This document shows, one piece after another, positions 1 to 6,292 of a stretch of 64,000 nt of DNA. Source of the stretch: a virus; the IMG/VR virus record IMGVR_UViG_3300029305_003918, one strand, 5' to 3'. Positions within the stretch are counted from its first letter, which is position 1. Every line of letters begins with the position of its first letter. The notes beneath the pieces were generated by a model that saw nothing but the letters and a program-made list of their open reading frames with translations, was not told where the DNA came from and did not search any database. The position numbers were made by a program, and so were the translations under genes.

Positions 1-467
1 TCGCACCACTTGCGGTAAGTGGGCATCGGGGCGACCACATCACGAGCCATTGCCAGCGTGTCCCAAATTTCAACGCCCTTCGGGAAGAAGTAGCGATACT
101 TGGAGCAGGTTTCGTAACGCTGGGTCATCGTGCAGGAGCGATAGTCGAATCGGGCATTGTGGGCGATAACTGCCTTGATGTTGTACTTTTCGCAACAGTC
201 GCGGAACGCCTTGCGGATTTCGTACCACGTTGCAACCTTGATTTCGCCGCGTTCAATCTGTTCAAGATACTGCGGAATCTTGTGGGCGTAGTATGCGGAC
301 TGCATGAGTTCGGGACGGTCAAAGAAAATGTCGCGGTTGATGAAATTGAAGTTTTCGTAGGTGTTGCCGTGCTGGTCAATTACAGACCATGCGGTATTGT
401 AGTTGATGGGGCAATCCAGACCGTTGGCAGTTTCAGTATCCATCAGAATGTAGAAGTGGCGATTCAT
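1..467 (-). CDS. DnaQ-like DEDDh 3'-5' exonuclease, N-terminal part (the C-terminus runs off the left edge of the window)
   Basis: Minus-strand ATG at ~467, 9 nt after the conserved SD AAAGAGGTAA. The translation MNRHFYILMDTETANGLD... contains an Exo I motif (DTE) and an Exo II motif (AHNARFDY). The gene is not in the ORF track because it is truncated by the window edge. Confidence 0.65.
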   Translation of the reverse strand, partial: MNRHFYILMDTETANGLDCPINYNTAWSVIDQHGNTYENFNFINRDIFFDRPELMQSAYYAHKIPQYLEQIERGEIKVATWYEIRKAFRDCCEKYNIKAVIAHNARFDYRSCTMTQRYETCSKYRYFFPKGVEIWDTLAMARDVVAPMPTYRKWC

Positions 468-511
468 TTTGCATTACCTCTTTCTTGTTCTATTGCCTTT
501 CGACATTATCT

Positions 512-540
512 ATTATAGCAGATGTTGGGCTGTTTGTCAA
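512..540 (-). promoter_or_regulatory. Consensus sigma-70/sigma-A promoter for the exonuclease gene
   Basis: On the minus strand: TTGACA, then 17 bp, then TATAAT. An UP-like A-tract (AAAAAAAGTTTCAAAAAGG) lies upstream. Confidence 0.7.
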
Positions 541-570
541 TACCTTTTTGAAACTTTTTTTCGGGAAGAT

Positions 571-594
571 GGGGCAGGGTTTTACCCCTGCCCC
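571..594 (-). terminator. Intrinsic terminator hairpin after the 601-954 gene
   Basis: The palindrome GGGGCAGGG-TTTT-ACCCCTGCCCC lies directly 3' of the stop on the minus strand. Confidence 0.5.
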
Positions 595-600
595 GCAAGG

Positions 601-954
601 TCACTTCACCAGAGTGAAGTAAGCCTTGCGCTTCTCTTCCAGTCGCTGAACCTTGCCAGCTTCCACCAGCTGGCGAACCAGCGAAGCGACCTTCTGATTG
701 GAGAGCTGGGACAGCTCTTCATCAGCCTGCATCAGTTCAGACACAGTCACAGGCTGGGCGCAGGAAGCCAGCACTTCCAGCACATGGGACTTCACGCCCT
801 CATTCGCCTGCTGGGTCTTGGTGGGCTTCTTCTCCGCAGAGTTACGCTTGACCTGCTGGTCACGCAGAGCAGACAGCTTCTCACGCACTTCGGCAGACAG
901 AGCTTCGCAGTTCAGAGCAACTTCCAGAGCCTTCACATAAGTCATCTTTTCCAT
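601..954 (-). CDS. Hypothetical small protein (117 aa). It is a paralogue of the gene at 4142-4510 and has a possible winged-helix C-terminus.
   Basis: Track ORF with a consensus promoter plus SD upstream and a hairpin terminator downstream. Shares the motif SNQKVASLVRQLVE.GK..R.EEKRKAYF with the 4142-4510 product. Confidence 0.6.
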   Translation of the reverse strand: MEKMTYVKALEVALNCEALSAEVREKLSALRDQQVKRNSAEKKPTKTQQANEGVKSHVLEVLASCAQPVTVSELMQADEELSQLSNQKVASLVRQLVEAGKVQRLEEKRKAYFTLVK

Positions 955-1035
955 GATTCATTACCTCTTTCTTTCTTGTCGATTGGTGTTAGTGACTGTC
1001 GAGTGGGGCTGGCGCCTTGCCCTTTCGACATCCTT

Positions 1036-1064
1036 ATTGTACCACACCTTGCGGTGTTTGTCAA
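1036..1064 (-). promoter_or_regulatory. Promoter for the 601-954 gene
   Basis: TTGACA-N17-TACAAT with a TGG extended -10. The shared UP element and GTCGAAAGGG initial transcribed sequence are present. Confidence 0.65.
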
Positions 1065-1156
1065 GGGGTTTTTGAAACTTTTTTTTTGAGTTTTTATCCT
1101 GTGCGCTTCAGCGCCGAAGGGTTCCTCTTGCAGTTCCTTGCCCTCTTGACACTATC

Positions 1157-1185
1157 AGTATATCACATCTTGGCGGCTTTGTCAA
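1157..1185 (-). promoter_or_regulatory. Tandem promoter copy with no ORF of its own
   Basis: TTGACA-N17-TATACT with the UP element. Only ~60 nt separate it from the next promoter copy. Confidence 0.5.
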
Positions 1186-1266
1186 GGGTTTTTCAAAACT
1201 TTTTTTGAAGAAGTTTTGTCGACCAGCTTCACTCGGCATCACCTCAGTGCCCTCCTGACATTATCT

Positions 1267-1295
1267 ATTATACAGTATCAGACCCCAAATGTCTA
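1267..1295 (-). promoter_or_regulatory. Degenerate third tandem promoter copy
   Basis: TAGACA-N17-TATAAT. The same flanking CGACATTATCTATTATA context as the promoter at 512-540. Confidence 0.35.
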
Positions 1296-1344
1296 TTGAC
1301 AGATTGCACAAAGTTTCGGGAAAAAGTTTGTGCAGTTTGCCTAT

Positions 1345-1373
1345 TGACAAATTGCTCGAAAAATGGTATAATG
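1345..1373 (+). promoter_or_regulatory. Plus-strand consensus promoter convergent on (antisense to) the AbrB-like gene
   Basis: TTGACA-N17-TATAAT on the plus strand. It is preceded by a direct repeat of CTATTGACAnATTGC and an 8-bp inverted repeat TGCACAAA/TTTGTGCA. Confidence 0.55.
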
Positions 1374-1420
1374 GAAGGATACGCGGGAAAACCGGCGCCC
1401 ACGCTCGTGGGCGCGCGGGC

Positions 1421-1449
1421 GAAAAAAGAGTGACCTTGCGGTCACTCTT
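1421..1449 (-). terminator. Intrinsic terminator after the AbrB-like gene
   Basis: 9-bp stem AGAGTGACC/GGTCACTCT followed on the minus strand by TTTTTT. A second GC hairpin lies at 1394-1414. Confidence 0.6.
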
Positions 1450-1714
1450 CACAGCGGATGGGGTCATCGAGGTGGTTCACCATTTCGCAGATCAGTTCCT
1501 GCCGCTTTGCGGTGCTCAGGCTTTCCCACTCAGACTGCAGGCGGTCAAAGCTCAGATGCTCTTCATGGTAGGGCTTCATCACAAGCCCGTATTCCTTGTC
1601 CAGATACATCTCAAGGGGATCGCCCTCTTTGATGTTCAGGTTCCTGCGGATTTCCTTGGGGATAACAATGCGACCCAGTTCATCGACTCTTCTTACAATA
1701 CCAGTTGCTCTCAT
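1442..1714 (-). CDS. AbrB/SpoVT-family (swapped-hairpin) DNA-binding regulator, ~90 aa
   Basis: N-terminus MRATGIVRRVDELGRIVIPKEIRRNLNIKEGDPLEMY closely resembles AbrB/MazE N-domains. The start was chosen by SD spacing; the track's longer N-terminal extension overlaps the promoter. Confidence 0.65.
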   Translation of the reverse strand: MRATGIVRRVDELGRIVIPKEIRRNLNIKEGDPLEMYLDKEYGLVMKPYHEEHLSFDRLQSEWESLSTAKRQELICEMVNHLDDPIRCEE

Positions 1715-1744
1715 GTTCATTACCTCTTTCCTTTTGATGTACTT

Positions 1745-1773
1745 ATTATACCACATGTGAGAGGGGTTGTCAA
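1745..1773 (-). promoter_or_regulatory. Promoter for the AbrB-like gene
   Basis: TTGACA-N17(..TGG)-TATAAT. The -35 hexamer sits at the centre of the palindrome GGGGTTGTCAACCCC. Confidence 0.65.
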
Positions 1774-1781
1774 CCCCTTTC

Positions 1782-2255
1782 TCACAAATTTTTGCTTTCA
1801 GTCACAAAGTATTTTGCATCATAGCTCTGTAACAGTTTCTTAACATTCAGACTGTCCTGCTGAGTGGGACAATAGAAGTTAAACAAGAAATACTTTTCGA
1901 TGTTCACATAGTTGTAAGTGAATCCATAGTATTTGCAATCTTCAATCATCTGTTCTGCTTGTTCGGCAGGAATGGTGACTTCGACTTTCCAGAGTTTGTC
2001 TTTTCTTGCCTTTTCTTCAAAATACTTGACCACATACACACCCACAAGGTTACAGCCTGCGACAATCAGCGCCTTGGTGGCAAGAGGCAAATCGCACATC
2101 ATGTAGACAGTGACCACAGTGTAGAGTCCGAAGGCAACAGCGTTAACAATCGCGGCGACCCCTTTTCCGCATTTGATGGTTGCAATGCTCTTGACGGTCT
2201 GAATGATAACATTGGCGATGTTCAGCAGGATGAAGGTGAGAAGCAGAGTGTTCAT
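1782..2255 (-). CDS. Hypothetical membrane protein (157 aa; N-terminal transmembrane helices)
   Basis: Track ORF with hydrophobic N-terminal segments, an SD, and a consensus promoter at 2288-2316. Confidence 0.55.
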   Translation of the reverse strand: MNTLLLTFILLNIANVIIQTVKSIATIKCGKGVAAIVNAVAFGLYTVVTVYMMCDLPLATKALIVAGCNLVGVYVVKYFEEKARKDKLWKVEVTIPAEQAEQMIEDCKYYGFTYNYVNIEKYFLFNFYCPTQQDSLNVKKLLQSYDAKYFVTESKNL

Positions 2256-2287
2256 TGTGTTACTTCCTTTCGTCTTTCGTTGTACTT

Positions 2288-2316
2288 ATTATACCATAGG
2301 TTCGGCAGGTTGTCAA
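2288..2316 (-). promoter_or_regulatory. Promoter for the 1782-2255 gene
   Basis: TTGACA-N17(..TGG)-TATAAT plus the UP element. Confidence 0.65.
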
Positions 2317-2340
2317 TACCTTTTTGAAAATTTTTTTCTT

Positions 2341-2372
2341 GCAAAGGGCTGTCACACAGGACAGCCCTTTGC
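2341..2372 (-). terminator. Hairpin, possibly a terminator, after the 2352-2666 gene
   Basis: 12-bp stem GCAAAGGGCTGT/ACAGCCCTTTGC overlapping the stop codon. No clean U-tract follows; it abuts the next UP element. Confidence 0.35.
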
Positions 2373-2666
2373 ATACTTCTGATTCTTCTTGATTTTCTGT
2401 GCCATCCAGTTCGGCATGTGCAAGCCTGCGGACTTGTAAATCATGCCAGCCTGTTCAAGAGTGGGAATGTAAGCAGTCACCATGGTTTCGCTTTCCGGCA
2501 TCTTGACAATCAGCACACCAGTTTCGGACAGGCACTGCCGAGTGCCCTTGTCTCTGCGGAAACCTTCGCACACAATCTTGTCACCGAAGCCAATCTTCTG
2601 TGCAATGTACACACAGCGGTCAATGCGGTCTACCATAGCGTGTTTGGTCATTTCGATCTTCATCAT
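2352..2666 (-). CDS. Hypothetical protein (104 aa)
   Basis: Track ORF. Promoter at 2708-2736. A 12-bp-stem hairpin overlaps the stop codon. Confidence 0.55.
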   Translation of the reverse strand: MMKIEMTKHAMVDRIDRCVYIAQKIGFGDKIVCEGFRRDKGTRQCLSETGVLIVKMPESETMVTAYIPTLEQAGMIYKSAGLHMPNWMAQKIKKNQKYAKGCPV

Positions 2667-2836
2667 TTTTGTTTACCTTCCTTTCTGTTGTCCCTTTCGA
2701 CATTATTAGTATAGCACACTTTGGGCTGTTTGTCAACAGCTTTTTTCTGATTTTCCAGATTTTTTTTCATGGCATTCATTGCCGCCACTCTCATAGCGGT
2801 CTGACTTGCAACAATAGCACCGATCATGATACCCAT
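2663..2836 (-). CDS. Small hydrophobic protein (57 aa), uncertain
   Basis: SD AAGGAGTGA then ATG at ~2836. Its TGA stop overlaps the downstream gene's ATG (ATGA overlap). Its coding sequence runs across the promoter of the next gene. Confidence 0.35.
   Translation of the reverse strand: MGIMIGAIVASQTAMRVAAMNAMKKNLENQKKAVDKQPKVCYTNNVERDNRKEGKQK
2708..2736 (-). promoter_or_regulatory. Promoter for the 2352-2666 gene
   Basis: TTGACA-N17-TATACT. The spacer shares AACAGCCCAA with the promoters at 512 and 5092. Confidence 0.6.
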
Positions 2837-2865
2837 GTTTATCACTCCTTCATTTGATACATTTA

Positions 2866-2894
2866 TTATACCACAGGGGAAAGGCTTTGTCAAG
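2866..2894 (-). promoter_or_regulatory. Promoter for the 2663-2836 and 2352-2666 genes
   Basis: TTGACA-N17(..TGG)-TATAAT. The -35 is flanked by the inverted repeat GGGAAAGGC/GCCTTTTCCC. Confidence 0.6.
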
Positions 2895-3228
2895 CCTTTT
2901 CCCAAATTTCTTTTGCCATCTGATAGCGTCCGCTGTTGTCGCCATGTGCAGTGATGTAATCATGCCCAATGTGGCGACTTGCAATTTCAAATTCTTTCAA
3001 GCCGCCATCCCACAGGCACACCAGCAACTGAAGTAGATGCACAGGCAGGAACAGGAGCAGATACACAGGCCAGCTAATCTTGCAATCGCGGCGATAGTCG
3101 GGGTTGCCATCTGCAGAATAGGCACCAGCTTCGGTCAGAGAGTAGGAGCAGAGGGGACGAAGCCACTTGGCCGCAGGATTGTACTTGCCGATGTAGGTCC
3201 AGTCATTCAGAGAAATCTTCTTAGTCAT
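2890..3228 (-). CDS. Hypothetical protein (112 aa) with a hydrophobic central segment
   Basis: In-frame ATG at 3228 after an SD. The track's 199-aa version extends across the promoter and is rejected. The TGA stop is embedded in the -35 TTGACA of the next promoter. Confidence 0.55.
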   Translation of the reverse strand: MTKKISLNDWTYIGKYNPAAKWLRPLCSYSLTEAGAYSADGNPDYRRDCKISWPVYLLLFLPVHLLQLLVCLWDGGLKEFEIASRHIGHDYITAHGDNSGRYQMAKEIWEKA

Positions 3229-3265
3229 TGTAGTTACTTCCTTTCTTGTTCCTTTTGATGTACTT

Positions 3266-3294
3266 ATTATACCATGCTCAGAGGGATTTGTCAA
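3266..3294 (-). promoter_or_regulatory. Promoter for the 2890-3228 gene
   Basis: TTGACA-N17(..TGG)-TATAAT. A perfect 10-bp inverted repeat GCTCAGAGGG/CCCTCTGAGC brackets the -35. Confidence 0.65.
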
Positions 3295-3313
3295 CCCCTC
3301 TGAGCAACTTTTT

Positions 3314-3565
3314 TTAGGCATCTGCCCAGCTGATGTGCAGGCTGGATTCACACCAACGAACCTTGTAACCTGCTTCAACCATAGTGTTGTATACCTTGGA
3401 CTGGATGCGAGGGTCGGCACCGCTGAGACCATTGCTGTAATACATGGAGGTGTTGCCCTTGCTGGCATAGATCTGAATGGTGTCTTCAATCTTCTGCAGG
3501 TGCTTGTCAGCTTCGGCGGTCAGGTAGTTGGTGGTCATGGTCTTAGCTTCTTTGGCAGTCATCAT
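3314..3565 (-). CDS. Hypothetical protein (83 aa)
   Basis: Track ORF with promoter at 3616-3644 and an SD. Confidence 0.5.
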   Translation of the reverse strand: MMTAKEAKTMTTNYLTAEADKHLQKIEDTIQIYASKGNTSMYYSNGLSGADPRIQSKVYNTMVEAGYKVRWCESSLHISWADA

Positions 3566-3615
3566 AGTAGTAACTTCCTTTCTGTTGGGACTCTGTGTTC
3601 CCTTTCGATGGTTTA

Positions 3616-3644
3616 ATTATAGCAGATTCGGGATGATTTGTCAA
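3616..3644 (-). promoter_or_regulatory. Promoter for the 3314-3565 gene
   Basis: TTGACA-N17-TATAAT plus the UP element. Confidence 0.65.
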
Positions 3645-3743
3645 TACCTTTTTTGCAAGTTTTTCAAATTATTTTTTGCTGGCTGGTGCTCCTCGCGGAA
3701 ATTCGGCGAGTGGGCAAGCGCAGCGCCCGCCCACGCGCCGGCG

Positions 3744-3783
3744 AATAAAAAAAGAGTGGGGCTCAGGCTCTGAGCACCCACTC
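3744..3783 (-). terminator. Intrinsic terminator after the 3763-4020 gene
   Basis: Stem GAGTGGGGCTCAG/CTGAGCACCCACTC followed on the minus strand by TTTTTTTATT. Confidence 0.6.
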
Positions 3784-4020
3784 GGGGAGGTTCTCCCACA
3801 GTCGGGAGAGGTGGCAGGTGACCACCGTGGAGCGTTCCCACTCCACATCACCGCCATCCCAGAAGAAGCGGTAGTGGTCGATGGTGACCATGTCACCGTG
3901 GAAGGTGACCTTGACGGTCTCGTGAGAGGCCAGCCAAGAGCCCTTGCCAGTGAACAGGCAGTTGGACTGGGCTTCGAAACCGTAGTTGGCGATCAGGGTG
4001 GCAGCGATGGTGTTCTTCAT
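3763..4020 (-). CDS. Hypothetical protein (85 aa)
   Basis: ATG at 4020 after SD GAGGAGG. The start is trimmed from the track ORF, whose N-terminus overlaps the promoter. A terminator hairpin overlaps the stop. Confidence 0.5.
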   Translation of the reverse strand: MKNTIAATLIANYGFEAQSNCLFTGKGSWLASHETVKVTFHGDMVTIDHYRFFWDGGDVEWERSTVVTCHLSRLWENLPEWVLRA

Positions 4021-4065
4021 GGGGATCCTCCTCGTTGTTCGGGCTCTTGCCCTTTCGTTGATACT

Positions 4066-4094
4066 ATTATAGCACAGGATAGGCAGGTTGTCAA
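4066..4094 (-). promoter_or_regulatory. Promoter for the 3763-4020 gene
   Basis: TTGACA-N17-TATAAT. Directly abutted upstream by a 13-bp-stem hairpin. Confidence 0.65.
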
Positions 4095-4104
4095 GGGGTT
4101 TTTT

Positions 4105-4137
4105 CGGGGTGGTGAAAGTTTTTTTCACCACCCCGCG
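4105..4137 (-). terminator. Hairpin, possibly a terminator, after the 4142-4510 gene
   Basis: 13-bp stem CGGGGTGGTGAAA/TTTCACCACCCCG. The A-tract that follows doubles as the next UP element. Confidence 0.35.
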
Positions 4138-4141
4138 AGGG

Positions 4142-4510
4142 TCAGGCAAGGCGGAAATACGCCTTGCGCTTCTCCTCGATTCGGGTCAGCTTGCCCTCTT
4201 CCACAAGCTGACGGACAAGGCTTGCAACCTTCTGATTGCTCAGCTCGCCCAGCTCGGGAGCAAGGGTCTGAATCTCGCTTACGGTCTTGGCTTCCTGACC
4301 CTCAAGGGCAGTCAGGATAACCTGCTTGATGCCAACGTTGGCTTCCTGAACCTTGGTCGGCTTCTTCTCACCGCTGTTACGCTTCTCCTGCTGAGTACGC
4401 AGGGCAATCAGCTTTTCCGCGATCTCGGTGGGCAGGTTGCCGTTCTCAATGGCGTAGGTCAGGGCGGTCACGTAGGTCAGCTTCTCATTCTTCACATTGA
4501 TAGTAGTCAT
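4142..4510 (-). CDS. Hypothetical protein (122 aa), paralogue of the 601-954 product
   Basis: ATG at 4510 after AAAGAGGTAA. The C-terminal 60 aa are nearly identical in pattern to the 601-954 product. Confidence 0.6.
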   Translation of the reverse strand: MTTINVKNEKLTYVTALTYAIENGNLPTEIAEKLIALRTQQEKRNSGEKKPTKVQEANVGIKQVILTALEGQEAKTVSEIQTLAPELGELSNQKVASLVRQLVEEGKLTRIEEKRKAYFRLA

Positions 4511-4581
4511 AGCGATTACCTCTTTCTTTCCGCGCTCTTGGCGCTGTCGTTTTGTTTTGTTCCTTCCCTTGGAACATCTTA

Positions 4582-4610
4582 AGTATACCACAGGTCGGTC
4601 GGTTTGTCAA
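4582..4610 (-). promoter_or_regulatory. Promoter for the 4142-4510 gene
   Basis: TTGACA-N17(..TGG)-TATACT plus the UP element. Confidence 0.6.
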
Positions 4611-4661
4611 GCCCTTTTTGAAACTTTTTTCAAGTTTTTTTTCGGGGCTTGGGGAAGGGTA

Positions 4662-5066
4662 TCAGCCCTTCCCCTTGTCCTTGGGGGGTCGGTGGGCGGT
4701 CAGCGTAACCGAATAGGAAACGCCGTTCAGCACAAAGTCCACTTGACGCTCGGGGTTGACAACCTCGCAGTTGTCAAAGTCCTTCAATGCGTCGTGCAGG
4801 CAGTCCACCAATAGTCGCTTGTCCTCGTTGGGCTTGCGTTCTCGGGTTCGGGTCTTGCCTGCAGGGTCAACCACCTTGTGAGCCTTGGGTCGGTTCGCCT
4901 TGCGTGCTTCCTTCTCTTGCTCGGGTGGCAAGTCCCATGGGGTAGGGTTGCCCTTGTCGATCTGCTTGTCCCACCATGCCATTTCGGCTTCTTCCAGTGA
5001 GCAACCAGTCTTATCGACCATGGCGTCCAACCACTCAGGGGTAGGATACTGAAGTTCCTTAGCCAT
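4662..5066 (-). CDS. Hypothetical protein (134 aa)
   Basis: ATG at 5066 after SD AAAGGAGG. Promoter at 5092-5120. Confidence 0.5.
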   Translation of the reverse strand: MAKELQYPTPEWLDAMVDKTGCSLEEAEMAWWDKQIDKGNPTPWDLPPEQEKEARKANRPKAHKVVDPAGKTRTRERKPNEDKRLLVDCLHDALKDFDNCEVVNPERQVDFVLNGVSYSVTLTAHRPPKDKGKG

Positions 5067-5091
5067 GTTCTTGACCTCCTTTACATTAACT

Positions 5092-5120
5092 ATTATACAG
5101 CATCTTGGGCTGTTTGTCAA
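5092..5120 (-). promoter_or_regulatory. Promoter for the 4662-5066 gene
   Basis: TTGACA-N17-TATAAT. The -35 lies inside the 10-bp inverted repeat TTGTCAAGGG...CCCTTGACAA. Confidence 0.65.
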
Positions 5121-5151
5121 GGGGTTTTTACGCCCTTGACAAACTTTTTTT

Positions 5152-5721
5152 TCAATCGTTCAGATAGAAGTCAACCCACTTTTCAGCCTGTTCCAGATCA
5201 AACTCAACTTGATAGAAACGATCATTTTTCTGGAAAGTGTTCGGATGCTTGCGGATGTACTTGGAACGCAGGAAACTTTCCAAACCTTCTGCGTCAACTT
5301 CTCCGCAATCCCAAACTTTAGTAACTTCGATCGTTTTGATACCATACTTGCGATAGTAGCGCAGGTGTTCGCTCATGCGTTCTTCAATGGTTCGGGTGGT
5401 CGTGCCGACCTTTGACCAAACCAGATTGCCCTCTTCATTAAGCAGCCGCAGGAGATACACAAGCTGATTGCCCTCTACCTTGTCGCAGGAGTAAACCACG
5501 TTTGCGGTCGGCTTAAAGAAAGACTTTACCTTGTCAACAACGCCCTTGACAAACCGATCAACGATGAAATAGGCATCCTTGACAAAAGTCCAAACCGCAC
5601 GAACAACTTCATTTTCTTCCCACAGAGCAAGCATCTTTTTGAAGTTGTTGTTGCGTCCAGAAGTGGAAGTGCAAGCGCACATGCGGTCGTAGTAGAGATC
5701 CATCAGTTCCAGTGCATTCAT
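5152..5721 (-). CDS. Hypothetical protein (189 aa)
   Basis: ATG at 5721 after SD AAGGTGG. Promoter at 5779-5807. A faint GIY-YIG-like pattern is present but not claimed. Confidence 0.5.
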   Translation of the reverse strand: MNALELMDLYYDRMCACTSTSGRNNNFKKMLALWEENEVVRAVWTFVKDAYFIVDRFVKGVVDKVKSFFKPTANVVYSCDKVEGNQLVYLLRLLNEEGNLVWSKVGTTTRTIEERMSEHLRYYRKYGIKTIEVTKVWDCGEVDAEGLESFLRSKYIRKHPNTFQKNDRFYQVEFDLEQAEKWVDFYLND

Positions 5722-5778
5722 TGTGATTACCACCTTTGTCATTTTGTCTTGTCGGTGTTTCCCTCACCAACTGAGACT

Positions 5779-5807
5779 ATTATAGCATAGGTGGGCAGGA
5801 ATGTCAA
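5779..5807 (-). promoter_or_regulatory. Promoter for the 5152-5721 gene
   Basis: TTGACA-N17-TATAAT. Confidence 0.6.
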
Positions 5808-5842
5808 TAGGTTTTTGAAAAAAACTTTTTTTTCTTTTTCTG

Positions 5843-5871
5843 CAAAAAGGTATTGACATTTGATCCCTCTT
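5843..5871 (+). promoter_or_regulatory. Plus-strand consensus promoter that drives no identifiable ORF
   Basis: TTGACA-N17-TATAAT on the plus strand. It is back-to-back with the promoter at 5779-5807 and is transcribed into the 5878-6290 non-coding region. Confidence 0.6.
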
Positions 5872-5877
5872 GTAGTA

Positions 5878-6290
5878 TAATACTATCAGAGGTTGAGGGA
5901 AGCACAACCACTACGGGCACTGAGGATTCGCGATTACTCGGTGGCAAAACTCTCGCAGGTATCAAGAGCTTCCAGATCGCGGCGAACGGGTAGTGTCAGC
6001 TCGGTTAGCACGCTACGCAAGTAGAAGAGACGTTCAAATCGTCCCCCTAGCCTACGCGATCACTCCACCCCATACATCCACGGCGGTGAAATTCCGCCCG
6101 CGCAAGCGAAGACGAGAGTGGCTCTGTTTTGGGATGGGGCTTGTTTTTGTATGTTTATGCATTGTCGATGAATAATTATGCATGGCCTATGCGTGCGGGA
6201 ATACGGCTGGTGCACAGACTTGGCGCCCGTGCACCAGCCGGCCAGAGGGAAAAGAAATGCAGGATGTGTGGAGTCATCCTGCATTTCATT
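5878..6290 (+). ncRNA. Candidate structured non-coding RNA (~400 nt) driven by the plus-strand promoter at 5843-5871
   Basis: No ORF with an SD is present. Two GNRA-type tetraloop hairpins occur (CTAC-GCAA-GTAG near 6003-6014 and CGC-GCAA-GCG near 6089-6098). A T-loop-like GACG-TTCAAAT-CGTC lies at 6019-6033. Further stems are at 6072-6088 and 6197-6228. The region ends at the bidirectional hairpin at 6255-6286. Confidence 0.3.
6255..6286 (-). terminator. Intrinsic terminator after the nucleotidase and membrane-protein operon
   Basis: 12-bp stem AAATGCAGGATG/CATCCTGCATTT followed on the minus strand by CTTTTCCCTCT. Confidence 0.55.
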
Positions 6291-6292
6291 TA

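Noticed and set aside
125-1089. Track ORFs 125-379(-), 159-518(+), 469-1089(+) and 698-940(+)
   Set aside because: These are wrong-frame or antisense artefacts of GC-rich DNA. The real gene here is the minus-strand DEDDh exonuclease (1-467), and 469-1089(+) runs antisense across a promoter, a terminator and the 601-954 gene.
2890-3489. The 199-aa version of the minus-strand ORF, and similar long N-terminal extensions of 1442-1756, 3763-4149, 4142-4591, 4662-5120, 5152-5742 and 7191-7532
   Set aside because: The extensions run through the gene's own -10 and -35 elements and lack an SD. An in-frame ATG with the conserved AAAGAGGTAA-type SD lies just downstream of each promoter.
6014-6045. A tRNA-like T-arm (GACG-TTCAAAT-CGTC) in the candidate ncRNA region, considered as a possible suppressor tRNA
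   Set aside because: No matching acceptor stem, D-arm or anticodon arm could be built on either strand. It is kept only as a structural feature of the candidate ncRNA.
5878-6290. Identity of the candidate ncRNA as RNase P RNA, tmRNA, 6S RNA or SRP RNA
   Set aside because: The conserved motifs of these RNAs are absent (for example GGAAAGTCCGG, the tmRNA tag ORF with a CCA end, and the 6S central bubble).
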